Part shown: positions 23,139 through 36,500 of the stretch, in pieces
Numbering within the stretch: the first letter of the stretch is position 1
Layout of the letters: every line of letters begins with the position of its first letter
From: Blasia pusilla
Taxonomy: Eukaryota
Length of the DNA stretch: 64,000 nucleotides
Direction: 5' to 3'
Assembly: GCA_050084515.1 (NCBI GenBank)
Contig: CM114271.1
Location: 8,184,001 to 8,248,000, forward strand
Program-made: the position numbers and the translations under genes
Notes under the pieces: generated by a model
Databases searched by the model: none
Told to the model about the DNA's origin: nothing
What the model saw: only the letters and a program-made list of their open reading frames with translations

Positions 23139-26100
23139 TAATGGGCGTATCATAGGCATAGCAAGAGTAGACAAATGGAATGAGACCCACAAGTTGTCCT
23201 CCTACACAATGTAACTTGTGAAATATGGCCACACCAGAAACTGAATTGAATGCGTTAGCCACATCGACTTGAATTGCTACCCAGTCTGGATGAATATGAA
23301 GAGAGGAGCAAATCCCATGCACCACAGCCTCACAATCACCAGGGTTTCCACTCCAAATTGATGAGGAAATAAGTGGGCACTAAAGTAAGGATGAAATTGC
23401 AAGCATAAGGATCGACTAACCAAGCGGTATAAAACTTCTCCAATAGCCAAAGGGCGGACACGTGAAGGAGGCTTATCCATAGCCAATAAATCACAAGCCT
23501 CTAAGAGCCTAGAGATATAGAATGGGAGACAATATGCCGCAATGTATGCACACACCTTATATAGAGAGACAAAACCACTTGCTAAATTTGCCGGGATAAA
23601 GCAATCGCATGGATGCTAAAAATCCATCCCCAATACCCTGCTTGTTGATAAGCGAAGAGTATGAAGAAAAGCCCTTGTGGAAACCTCCAAGTTAATCTCC
23701 AAGTCAAGATCCGTTGTATAGTCTTCCACAAAGGGTGGTGCATCATCACTTGATCGAGGGTGAAGAGCTTCTAAGAGAGCCATTGTGTCCGCACTTGGAA
23801 CCGCCAGAGAGAGAGGACCCAATGCTCGAGCCGCACATGAAAACTCATGAACTTGCCCCAAAAGTAGACTTTGTCAAAGGCGTTGTTGTATTGAAGGTCT
23901 CCCATGATTGGCATGTTGAGTGGGATGAGTTGCAACTAAGGCCTTTTGCTCGAAGTAAATGCTCATTCTGAAGATTCTCCTAATCTCAAAACATAAAGCT
24001 ATGAATACCTCTGGAGGTTTCACGATAATCCGTCGTACCATCCCTTGGAGGGAGGACTAAAATCCATTGTGGGAAGAGTAATAGGAGATACCAAGCATTG
24101 GTATCTATGGGATCACGCGCTAACCTTTCTAATGGGAAAAGCAATGTTTGTTGGGTGATGGGGTGAAGAGCAATAAGAATGCAAGTGTGTGAGGACAAGG
24201 GAGACCCAGATAGAAAGAGTGAAGGAAATCAATTTGGCTTAACTAGGTCCAAGAAATTGTTATGGGGAGTACAATAGGAGGTGGTATCCGGTTAGGGATT
24301 GAAGGTCCATGCATGGATTGACAGTATCGTTGATGTCTTTTGATCCCTTAGGAGCAAACTCATTACCACAAGGTTTGCAACGAAATTTTGGCACAAATGC
24401 AGAAGTAGAAGGATTACAAGGAGAGGAGGTGGGAGGTGCATGAGGTGGTGATGGACGACGATGAGGGGATAAGTAGGAGGAAGAAGAAGGGAGATATGGG
24501 TAGAATAGATGAGAGTTGGAAGCAAGGGCACAGATGAGATATATGAGGATGGCAAAGTAGTAGAATTCGGAAATAATGGATCGAGATTAGGTTCAATAGG
24601 AAGAGACAAAGAGGAGAGAAAAGGAGAATATGGAAGAAATGTAGCGAATGTAATCAATCTATTAGTAACTGGAGGAAAATGGTGAGATCAACGATGAAGA
24701 GGGAAACCACGGGGAGAGGTTATGGATGTAGGAGGACATGTAAAACCAAAGAAGCAAGTAGATGGATTATCCAATTCCATCTCGATAACTACTATGAGGG
24801 AATGAGATCATAATTTTGGGCCTAATCCATAGTAAAGTATTGAGAAAAGCAAGAGGAATCCTTTGAACCAATGATAACCCACAATCACACTAGAACCTAA
24901 ACATGGGCATGCAAGTGCAATAGATGGCCATTCCTATCCTTGAAAGTAATTTACAGCACCCATTCCTCTCCTTAAAAGTAATTGACAGCACCTGCGGCGT
25001 GCATGCTCTGCCTGAAAACGAAAACGTAGAATGTTTTGGATATTTACCCGAACAACGAATGTTCGGAGTACGGACCAAATCCCAAGAGCTTGCAATCTAC
25101 AGAAACGCAAGCCCTAGTGACGTGATCGCATCTCCGTTGTGGGCGGTACGTGATCGCCAACGAAAGTGCTCTCGAGTCTCGTGCAGATTTTTTCGCTTCC
25201 AAGTCTTCCATCTCTCCCTTCACTTTCGTACCCAGTACGCTTTCTTGATGACGATGATTTTACGTGGGTTAGGCTTTATTTGTGACTGAGATTGTGTGTT
25301 GAGTTCTTCGAGGAGAAAGGTGAGAGAAGATGGCCGGCGTCGTAATGAATGGGGCTGTTGGAAATCCTGTCACAGAGCAGCGGAGGAAGAGATGTCAGGT
25401 GCAAGGCGACTTCCTATGCTGCAGCGTCTGGGAGTTCTTGCGGCTTTTAACGTATCTGTGTACTTCGCGTATGTTTCAGTAATTGAGGTCAGTAGCGGTT
25501 TCCTGTGGAGTTAAATTGTGGAAATTTCCAAGAAAAAGAATAGGAATCTACCTGCATTCATGAATCGGATGAAATTGTTTTTTTCTTCTTTCTTTCTTTC
25601 TCTGAGTATGTGGAATGTTCCTTATTCTCTGGGTTTCAAGTTGTGCTCCACTGTATAGTTGGCAACCAGTTTCATCACAAGGAATTACGTTTCCCCCTTC
25701 TTTTCTTTTCTTTTTTTCATTCTATTCGGAGAGCAAGATGTATGTGTGCTAATGTACATGTGCAAATTAGTGGTCTGTCTGTCAATTTACCAGGCTGATG
25801 GTTTATTTTTCCATGACCGATCTAATTTTCGTTGAAAACATTCAAGGTGTGGGAATAAACCTGTTGCAAACCACACACTACCCGGCAGTCTGCGTGCCTC
25901 TGAGTCCATAGTTTATCATTACACGAGAGGTTACTAGTTAGTTCTGAAAAGGATGGTACCGAGTTGTAGAATGGATTCTTTGAGTGGAAAGATGGCCTTT
26001 TTTCTGAATGTTTTTTTAATATGATCTGAATTCAGTGGTGCATGATGACACTCCTATGATTCTGGTCTTGTAGCCTGTTTCAAGATCGTTGCACTAGCCC

Positions 26101-26824
26101 GACCCCTCCTTGTCAGATAACGCTGAATTACATGGAAGCTGATTTTATTTCGTTTCCTCTGAGTTCCCTCATTCGTAGTAGCTTTTGGGCAAGATTACAA
26201 TCATCAAAATGACGTCCAGATGGTCAAGAGTTCTCTACCTATCAGGAAGCGATTTGGATTCCCTCCTTCATTCTTGAAATCACTGCCCACAACACTCGAT
26301 TGTGCTTCTTAACATGGTTGGTATTTCTTGGTCATATTATGCAGCGGTCAAAGCAAAGAGGAGGGAGTTTTTCAAAAGACGGATACGACTTTTGGAGCAT
26401 GTTTAAAGAGCCAAAGCACATCCGTGAACTGAAGGACAAAGCAGGAGCCGACAAAAGTCTAGATGAATGAGATGATTAAATGCTTAATTAAATCTTTATA
26501 TCATCACATCCATTTATTTCAATGCATGAAACCATTACAGCGACAGTAATTGTTGATTCATCTATCTCTACCCTTTTGTTACACTTTGAGTGAACCCACT
26601 GGTACATAGTTCGTTTTAGATGGTTTGTGCTCATTTTCCCGTAAGGCAATTTGGTGATAGGTAGGCTGGTACCGCAGCGATAAGGAACAGGTCATCCCAG
26701 TGGGGAACATTTAAAGCGAAGTTTGGAGTTGTTTGTTTGGATTCATGGAAGTGCGGTTGCTTATTTAATCCACGATCTTTTTGATGTACCGCTTAGTTTT
26801 CCGTGATCTAAGAAGCTAGGAGAG

Positions 26825-28109
26825 ATGGACAGTCAACAGGTTTCCTGCAACGACTCACTTTCACAGTTATCCATCATGGAAGAGATTTTGGTTGATGAAG
26901 GCAGCAGGTGTAGGACCTGTAGTTTGGAACAAGGGCAAGGGGCTAATAACTCGCAAGCAGGTCGAAATGTTCTGGAAGAACGTAATGGTGAAGGAAGTGT
27001 GCAGTCATGGAGTATATTTGCACCCTGTGAAACTAACGCTTGTGAAAGTGGAGAAGGTGAACAACATAATGCCCATAGAGGAAGTGGAGACCATAGTGAC
27101 TGTGGTCTTCCAGATGGGTTTGAGCTTGTTTTACGTTACATGGATTTGAAGTCTCTCCTGTGTCTTGAGAGGGTATGCAAGCCCATGCAGCAAGCAGTGA
27201 AGGATGTACTTCTGTGGCAGGAGGTATGCGTAGAGCCACCTCTTAACAGAAAGTTCACAGACGATATCCTTTTGGCCCTTGTTGGAAGGGCGGATGGATG
27301 CTTGAAGTTCCTTGTTCTCGTGAAGTGCTTGGGAATAACTGTAGCAGCAGTGGAGCGAGTCCTCTCTCTTAATCCAGGGATTGAAAAGGTATGTATTTGG
27401 GTATTCTTTGTCGAGAGTTGTTTTGTGTTAGCTTCTATCTCCTTTAGGTTATGCTCTCAATTGTACCGTGCGACCAACAGTCAGTAATTTACTCTTACAG
27501 GTGTTTTTTAATTTGCAGCTATCTCTGCCTGGGTGCACTGGAGTTATTGTCGAAGAACTTGTGACAATGGTTCAAGAACACTCTCTTGACAGTAGGGCAA
27601 AAGGTTTTGCAAGTATGAAGCAGCTGAGAGTCAAAGGTATGTACAAAATCACTCGCGAGCATCTGAACGTGCTACAAACTGTGATACAATCCAGCAACTC
27701 AGACCAGGTCACTCCCACGCAACCTCTATACTGGAGTGGGCATGACGGATATGTACTTCCAGATGGGCGAGCAATCGATGTTGACCTGTGTCCCTTGTGC
27801 AAAACTGGGAGGATGGTCTACGACTGCACTCTGGAAGAGCTGGACGAGACAGATTGCTGGAGACATGTCAAGGATCCTTGCCGCGAGTGTTTGCTCTGTA
27901 TACTCAGATGCTTTATCTGTGGCCGGTGCTTAAATGTCTCTATATACGGTGATGACGAGTGTGGATTCCCGTGTTGTCCAGAATTGAGAGTCTGTTGGCC
28001 CTGTGGGGTGTCCTTCACCAGATGCAATGAGTGTCATCTCCCTAGCTGTGGACGACACTGTAATGGAGCTTCTTTTACATGTGAGAATTGCGCTGGCAGA
28101 AAAATCTAG
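26825..28109 (+). CDS. F-box protein with C-terminal Cys-rich region (SKIP14/SKIP28-like); exons 26825-27388 and 27519-28109, ~384 aa
   Basis: F-box LPDGFELVLRYMDLKSLLCLERVCKPMQQAVKDVLLW, then LSLPGCT and IDVDLCPLC...VYDC...CRECLLCILRCFICGRC. In-frame GT-AG intron. Confidence 0.85.
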
Positions 28110-29200
28110 AGACAACTTCTGATCTGAGTGCCTAAGATCTTTCTGCTCCATAGAAAACGTCTGAATGTGTTCAGATACCGTTTGGCTTAGAGATTCAGAA
28201 CTTCAAAATCACTATCTTTTGCACGTTTACACAGGTTTAACCATTGTCACTGTTCCCATTTGAGATGTTAGGACTACACTTTCAAAGCTATGATCCCTAA
28301 ACTTTTCAACATTCAAGACAATCTTGGGTATTTCTTTTTTCAAATTTCTTCCCAGAAATGGTTGCCTATTTGGCTCGATGTGAATTCTCATTTCTTTCAT
28401 GTGAAATCCCAAGCACTCCGTATGTGTAATGTGTCCATCATGTTTTGGGGTGGGATGGGAGTGAAATTTGTCATTCTGTACTATATGAGCTTACGTTGAG
28501 TAACATCAAGGGTTTGAATCTACACGGGGGGTGGATGCTGGGTAGTTGATTAAAGGTAACTATATATGGGAAAAATCAGGTTCAAATTTTGGGCGTTCCA
28601 AAACTGTCAATGCATGGAGCTTAAAATTTTTTTTGCAGCCTTAACTGTCTCACTTGAGACATCTTCAATATATCCCAGTCTGGGCGCCCTTGCTAGGGCA
28701 ACCATAGCCAAATCGAGATTCAGACGTTGGTATCCGATGGCCCAGATATGCGTTTGGCGCAGGGGAGAATATAAGTAACACCTCAAAATGGTGAGCAAGG
28801 CTGTCAACCTAAAAAGTAGATAAAACCCTTTGTACAAGATTTTTTCAGAATTGTGATATGAAATAGCTTTAAATTTATTTTAATGTAGATGCTTGAATTT
28901 TTCCCTTGTGGTATAAAAAGTCCTAGCATTACTGACCAGCTACAAAGTTTTACGTGTCTTTCAAAAAACTCCAGAACATAATTTAGGTAGGTTTCCAATA
29001 TCCTTTTTTTTATCTTTTGGATAGATTGGCTTTCAGGGACTGGTAACTCGTAAAATTGAGAGATGATCTAGGAGATGGATAATTATCAAGGAAATTGAGG
29101 ATATGGAAAATTCGTATCCTCCACTCTTTCCTTTCATTTGCTACCAAGTTCTCATATAGAAACTATCCCAGAATGTGTTCGATATGTACTTGGCTAAATG

Positions 29201-29262
29201 GAAACTGTGTACTCGTGATACTGAACTGTGTACTCGTGATATGAAAACTGTGTACTCGTGAT
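29201..29262. repeat. Short tandem repeat (AACTGTGTACTCGTGAT) x3
   Basis: Three copies at 21-23 bp spacing. Confidence 0.8.
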
Positions 29263-30501
29263 GATTCACTATCATCCTTCACGGATATGAATTGATATTT
29301 TGTTTACTCGTGCAACAGTTTTGAAAAGTGTGACGATGAAACGATATACCCCACCTACGTCCGATAGATTGTATTATGTGAAACTTGGCCAGGACATGTT
29401 CCGTTACTACATCACCGTTCCAATCTATAGCCAGTCTGGCACATGTACCCTCTCAGCGTAAACAGACGAGGGCCAACATTTTCCAACCATAATGGCCACT
29501 TCCACTCTTTACGAGTGCACAATAATATTCTCTAAATTTGCCAGATCTCCAAAAAAGAGAAATATGATTGGGGTGTATACACCGACTGCATATTTCAGCA
29601 GATACATAGGACTTCGGCAGACAACTAAAACACTAGCATTCCTGGCGAAAAGTTGTCCCTACCGACCTATCATCACCATCTTCCACTAGCTCAGACTTTA
29701 GGAAGTCACCTGAGCCATGATGAATTCAACTGAAACTTTGAACAGACCTGGATATGCATGTTGCACTTGACTAGGTCTATAATGTCAGGTCGTAGGTGCT
29801 ACAGAGACATGTCAAGGCCCAAGATCCTCAATTTACAATAATGTACATGACCAAGGGTCACTTGCTTGACCCTGGACACAACTTGAATACTTCCGTTACA
29901 ATGGGCATCCAATAAGTTGTTTTAAGCATGGTGCCTGCTCGAGCATGTGTAAATGTAAACAATTTAATCATCAAATGCCTTCTGTTGCAGACTTGTTTAT
30001 GCCTCTAGATTCCCTGCCCTCCTTTGCACTTGAAATCAGGAATCTGTACTCCTTTGACTGGAATCAACAGTCAGAGTAACCAAGTGCACGCCACCTCGTG
30101 ACAACTATTGGCATTACTTAAGACTGAATTGATGTCATATCTTTACCCGTCTTGCGCTTGCAGAGACGAACATCGTGAGTTGCTTGGCGATTGGCTGTGA
30201 CCCATCCAAGGGATATCAAGAGTGGTCCTATGCCGCCAATACTACTTCTTGCCCTGCACTCATGTCCCTGCTGTATTCCAAAAACCTTGCTCCCTGAGGA
30301 ATTAACCAAAAACTTCTCCTGGATTTGAAAAGTACTTGGTCATAGGAAACAATTTTTGGCTCTCCACCAGCACCCTCAGCACCCTCGAGTAAAAGGTGTA
30401 CACAACAATGCTGCCTTCCACACTACAAACATATCCTGGACTAGAATGCTCAAGGAATTGTGCAGAGAGTAAATCTTCTCAACATTCAAATGAGTTTCCA
30501 C

Positions 30502-33500
30502 TCATTCAATTTGCCACTCATTCAATTTGCCAGTTAGTTGGATCGGAATTGGGCAGCCCAAGGAATTTGCGGCATTGGCCAACAAAGAGATGGACATACC
30601 ACCAGCTCGACGGCAGTGCACCTCCCATACAACACATTGCTCAACATATCTTCTCCAGTTAATCCCGTTTTGATCCTCCCTCTCTTCACTTTCGGAAACT
30701 TTGTTAGAGCTGTTAGACCTGAGTGACTCCATGAACAGCATATCCCTGAGACGGGCCACACTCATTGCCCGTACATGAGTACTGTGGTGCGAAAGGCACC
30801 GGACTGTGGCAGGAAGTCGCTCCTGCTCACAAAATTCAAGGTATTATTTACTCTAACCAAAAGATTTCTTCACTCAAAGAATTTTCTTCACACGGGCAAC
30901 CACTTGGTGACTATCCTGCAGAAATCAACATGCCTGAACACATACTCTTTCAAACACATGCTAATCTTATGCTGTTGTTAAATGTTAGATGGAGGCTAAG
31001 GGTATCACTCCAAACATGAACATAGTATTCACTGACCAAAATCTATGGGTTCATCAGATAGAGAAACCAGCAGAAGAGGTAGTTATAATCTTTTGCTTTG
31101 AACGAGGAGAATTATACAGACAAACAACAGCAAGATTTGAACAAGAAACTGAATCAACGATTGTGAATGCTGTCTGGTCAAGGGGCTACGTCAAACTTGT
31201 TTCCAGACTAACAAGGGCTTCACCAGCAAATTCCTCAGTTGAAAGCAATGGTTCAATGGATCCCAATCGGCTACCTCTGAAAGTAACCTGAAAGCAGTGT
31301 CTATCATAGTGCCCACCATAGGTTTAGTCACACTCTTACATACTGTAAGTGCATACCAAACAGAGTTTGTCCATAGTTTCAAGTTGCCAACCAATATAGC
31401 CTTCCAGCCATAATAACCCTTACCTGAGCGAGAACAAAAGTGAAGTAAGGTTTCTAGGGTATTGTGTTGTCTAAGATGAGGCCCTCGGCCACTTCAGCTG
31501 TCTTCCTCTGGCTCCGCTCCACAACCAGATCCCACACCATCCCACATCAATTTAAGCCAATCTGTCTGTTTGACATACATATCCCAGACTACTCTGCCGT
31601 ACACCAATGAGGAACTAATAGTATGTAAGACTACAGGCACTCAACTCAAAGAAACCTTTCAGAGCCCTCCACTATCATGGTTCTTCACTGGAGTCTCATT
31701 CATGTAGGCATCCAAGTACAATCCAGTCAGAACTAATGCCTATTTAAGGGTAAGTTGAACCAGTGGAGTCTACAGTTCTCACTAATACCCAGTGATGGGT
31801 CGTAACGGTTGATGATAACCATGTCGTACTAAATAACACTTTTCTCCATTTCCCACATCATCAGACTTGGGGAGAACTCTGCTATTGGAGCAGATCGCCA
31901 ATTTCATAGAACCGGAAGAAATAATTCAACCAATCACTATGGCATTGCTGTCCATTCCCAGTAGGCAAGAAAGAAAAGCCCAAAGCTGTACATATGATGT
32001 TGAACGACACATATCCACTGGGATATCCCCACAAAACACTAGCATAAATAGGGGGGTGATAAAACGCTCTTCATCCTACTGGAAAGGGTGCTGGGGTTCA
32101 TGAACCGCAACTAATATATGTGCTTATCATTTCTCCTCCCAACTCCGTAATGTTCAGCCTCTTTAGATCCCCTTGCTAGAGACGGTACACTCCACTGAAG
32201 TTTGAGAATTGGCATAGATTGACCTCTGACCAGCACTTCTGTATGGTTTTGGCAAACAGATATGAATGTTAAGCTCCTGCCCAGCTGTTTTGTTTGTGCA
32301 GTGTGGCTGAATTCATACCGTACAATGCTAAAGTCGCACAATTGTTCTGCCCACAGTGAGAAGCTCCAGAATTAAGCTTTAAAGATGGGTTGTAGATTCA
32401 GTTTCAGAAAAGGTAGAGGTCTCCAGTTCCCCTAGATACTACATCCACTGAAAGCCTTACTGGTGACATCCATGGATGAAGTCACTTCACGTACAGGCAC
32501 AACCCACACATGCTTTCCAAAAGGGCTAGGATCTTATCCATTTTGCACTTCAGTTGCTACATGTGAGGTAGCCTTTCAGAGGTCTCATCTCTACAAGGGC
32601 CCTTGGAGGCTGTTTACAAGCATTTATGGCCAGATAGCTAGACAACTTTCTCTTGGTGAATTCTCTTTTTTACAGATCTAGCAGCATTTAAAACTGTCCT
32701 GGAAGAGCTGTTCTCCAAGGCAAACACCTGGTAATCTTGGAGTGAATCTTGCTCTTCCTGCAGAGAATATCTTACATGTGAGGTGCAGAATTAGCAAACT
32801 GGTTGGACTGTGCTAGAGACTGGGACAGGTCCATAGGGAGGATATGGACGAGAGGGGGGAGAAACTATGTACTAAGTAATGCCTGGCATAGTCTAGCAAC
32901 TATAGACCTCACACTCTGGCTAGACTCTGTGACTGGGATGGATTCAGAATAATAAAGTGACCCAGGTATCATCGAGAGAGGGGAATGCTCTAATACAGAG
33001 TGCATTTGATCACCATACAGAGACATAGTGCAGAGCTTCCAGAGGAAAACCACATGAGAAGATGATGAGAGAAATTACTCTGAGGAGTGCAAATAGCTTG
33101 TCTGCAATTTCTTCATCAGGCTCGTCCCATTTCAAGGCCATCTGAGCTGCCAGTGCTGCTGCCTCTAACAGCTGTACATCAAGGATGAGTCACATCACTA
33201 CTGGATTCCCACAGTAACTAACACTTCACATCCATTGCAGGGAGGGAAACCGAAAATTAACAGATCCACCTCTGAAACGGCTGTCATATTGTTATGATCA
33301 TATTTGGTTGAATAGTGCACTCCATACTAAGGCGCATTACCATATGTGGGAATGCTAACAACAGGAACAATTTTCAGTCGAAACTTATTTTAAGTCCAAA
33401 GAGTGCTTACCTCAAGTTGTGGTAATTTACAAGTTTCTCCATCCAAAGTCATACCATCAGTTGCCCGTTTAAGAAGACCGTCATCTTGTACAACAACTTT

Positions 33501-36500
33501 CACAATATCTGGTATATGATTCATTCGTAGAAGCTCAGATAAAAGACCAACAATACGGGAGTTCACACTCCATACAGACTGCTGGCATTGTCCACTATCC
33601 TTGACAGTCCATGGTTGAAGCTCTGTCTCCGCCTACCTCCCAGGGACAACCACCAAATCACCAGGTTCAGGTGACAATTGTTCTTCAAACCATCCCCTCA
33701 AGTTTTCCATCTAGAATTATTTACGTACCCAACCTTGAGCAGAAATTTCATTCGTAGCTTATCACATTAGAGTAAGTCCATCATGAGCCAGGTTAAAGAA
33801 ATCTTCTCCACAAATGATAAATTCCTGCCTCTCCTAGTCACCAAAACGACATGAGCAAATCTCACATAAGAAGTGCGATTTTTCACCTGAGAGACAATGA
33901 AACGTCCAACCTTGAATGGGAAGATAGCTGAAAGACTGCATAGAGCATCCACCACCTGATTGAAGATTGAATGGAGTAAATGTTAAAACACCTGTAGAGA
34001 AAAAATCATCCTTGTTCCCTCCTTGTTCCAAAGCCAAATAGCTTGACCGACTCACAATCACAGTGGAAATAGGCTAGACTTATATGCTCAGATAAAGATA
34101 ATCGACATACAGAAACGAAGAATGGTTTATGGAAATGCGCTTAGTGTAAAAAAAGCGCACCTGAACCCAACCACATTCCATAGAACTTTGTTCACTACCC
34201 CACGGGATCTCAGGGGCTACAACAAGCCTCTGAAACAGTAATGCAGCAGCACCAACCGCCAGGTGCTGTTTCGCGATTAAAACACACTTCAGCGACTCAT
34301 TGCTATTTAGACCATTGTGTCTCTCCTTGCATAGAAGAGATGCCACATCGGTGGCTTCTAAGGGAAATTCCGTTACATGGTCTTCAACATGACCATTAGA
34401 GGTCCTGCACCCTTCGTCATTCACTTCAGGAGTACCTTCACTTTTACAATTAGTAGGTTTCTGAGATGTAGAATGATTGAGTAGGTTTTCACTCGAAGGC
34501 TTCCCAACCTGATCTGAATCTCTGGAAAATAGTTTTGAGCGTTTGGTCATGTTCCCTGCCATGGCATGATCTGTACTTCCATACCCATTGTTCCCCCGAG
34601 TTGCCAAGGACACTAGATCACCATTCCTTTCTATTGCCGATAGTACTGCTGACGCTTTAACACATGTACCTGGATCCCATTTGCACCTCATAATTCCTGT
34701 CAAAGAATGCAGACATGCTCTTGAATGTCCGAGTAGATCTGACATGTGCGCAGCAACAACTGCATTTCCCAGGATTTCATTTGTCGTACTGCTGTCAGCA
34801 TTTTGGGTTCCAGAAGGGCCAGGTGAAACAACTAAAAGCAGTTCTAGGATCCCAAGGAGCCTCTTGGTATGTTCCACCACACTAGTGACACCGAAGGGGA
34901 AGCAACTAGCCAACACTGACGAAGATCTTTGAGGGTCCTGGGGCCCTCCATTGCCGACAATTGGACCTTCGATTTCCACTTTCGCCATTTCTGCTGAAAC
35001 TGGCTTTGGAATGGTAAAATATGCTGGAGAAAACGGAAGTAGTTGGACCTCACAAGCTAGTGCACAAACTGCTGCAATGACGTAAGAGTCAAAAGTTGCC
35101 ACAGCACCTCGCCGTTTGTTCACCCCTTCGCACAGCGGCCTGCACAAGTACTTGTCTCCATGCCTCCCATCTTCCATGAATGACAAGCTCCCAATCATTC
35201 CATCTTCCAGCAGTGGTCTTGATTTGTTTAGCCATATGGCATCATGGGACAGACAGAGACTGAGAGCACTGGAAAGCAATTGTGCTGCAAGCTTAGGTGA
35301 GAGAAAGGTCTCTGTGAATAAGCAGTGAACCATAGCGCGAAGTTCTGCCATACCAACACTCTTAGCACCAATTCCACCTGCCCTAGATTGTGAACTTTCA
35401 ACTATTCCATCCTTCTGTTGCTGAACTTCACCATAAGGGAATGTTCCCCTCAAAATGCCTTGTACCGTTGCGGAAAATATCCGCCTCAAGCAAGCCTGCG
35501 ATGGGCCGTCAGGTGGAAGGTATTCTATTATCCGAAAAGAGCTGTAATACATTCCATGACAGCACTGGGGCTGCAGAGGAGTTGATAATAACAGCTCAGG
35601 TAGGCCAACTGTAGAACTCAATGGACGCAATCCATAAGCTGACTCCCACAAAGCACACATGCGCCGTTCCACATCTGGTCCATGCTCAACCATCAGTGCT
35701 GCTAAGCCTTTAGCAGTTGCTTCTTCATTTGCTTGGGCTGCAGCCGCCTTTGCCTATAGAAAACATCTCCAGTCAGCCATAAAGACATGGAAAGCTATAC
35801 CATCATAGAAAACTAAGTCCAATAAGTAAATTTTCTACAAATACCTTTTGGACAATCAGTTGGATAAGTTGCTAATTAATTATCTCCTGGAATACTCTCA
35901 TGATTACAGAATCAATAATGAATGTTGTTAAGATTCACACATGTGAACTCTATGATGTACCCTTGCAAGATGCAGCCTAGGAAAATGTTCAATTACTTAG
36001 TTGAGATGATATGGTAACAACTATCAAACCTCACCTCTTCTGTATTCGCAGGCAGGCTTACAGACCCATACAATGATCGCGTTGCAAACACCCCCTTAAA
36101 TTGTGAAGGAGGGGAGAAGAGCAACACAGGTTGAGAGAAGATGTGAAAGAGGAGTGCTGCGGCTGCATCTGCAGCAGTACCTGACCTCTTAGCCAAAGCA
36201 GCACCAACTGGCCTCAAGAAGTGAATGTTCAACCAATCTGGAGGGAGCTGCAATAAGAGAAACAAAACACTTTACTTTTAATACTGTTAGACACCATGAT
36301 GTTCACTCAGAAGAAAAGATTAAGAATCTTACTGCAGAAACTAGATAAGTCAGGATAGGAAAGGGCCCTGTGACAGAGAAAAACTCTGACCTGCCAACAA
36401 CACTACTATCAAATTACCATCAATAAACCTGAGGTCAAGGAAACGAAATGTCTGGTTTCATGTAAAGATTACCATCTATAGCCTTTCCACATTCGCCTAA

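Larger units (their letters stand above)
19900..24800 (-). mobile_element. Decayed non-LTR retrotransposon, CRE/R2-type (RT + C-terminal Zn knuckle and restriction-like endonuclease)
   Basis: RPLAIGEVLYRLVSR, DVANAFNSVS, RQGDLMGGPLF, SIANDTYII (degenerate YADD). C-terminal HDVIREAVASVAR...RVDLIM...D...FTPFAVEVFG. Many stops. Confidence 0.85.
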
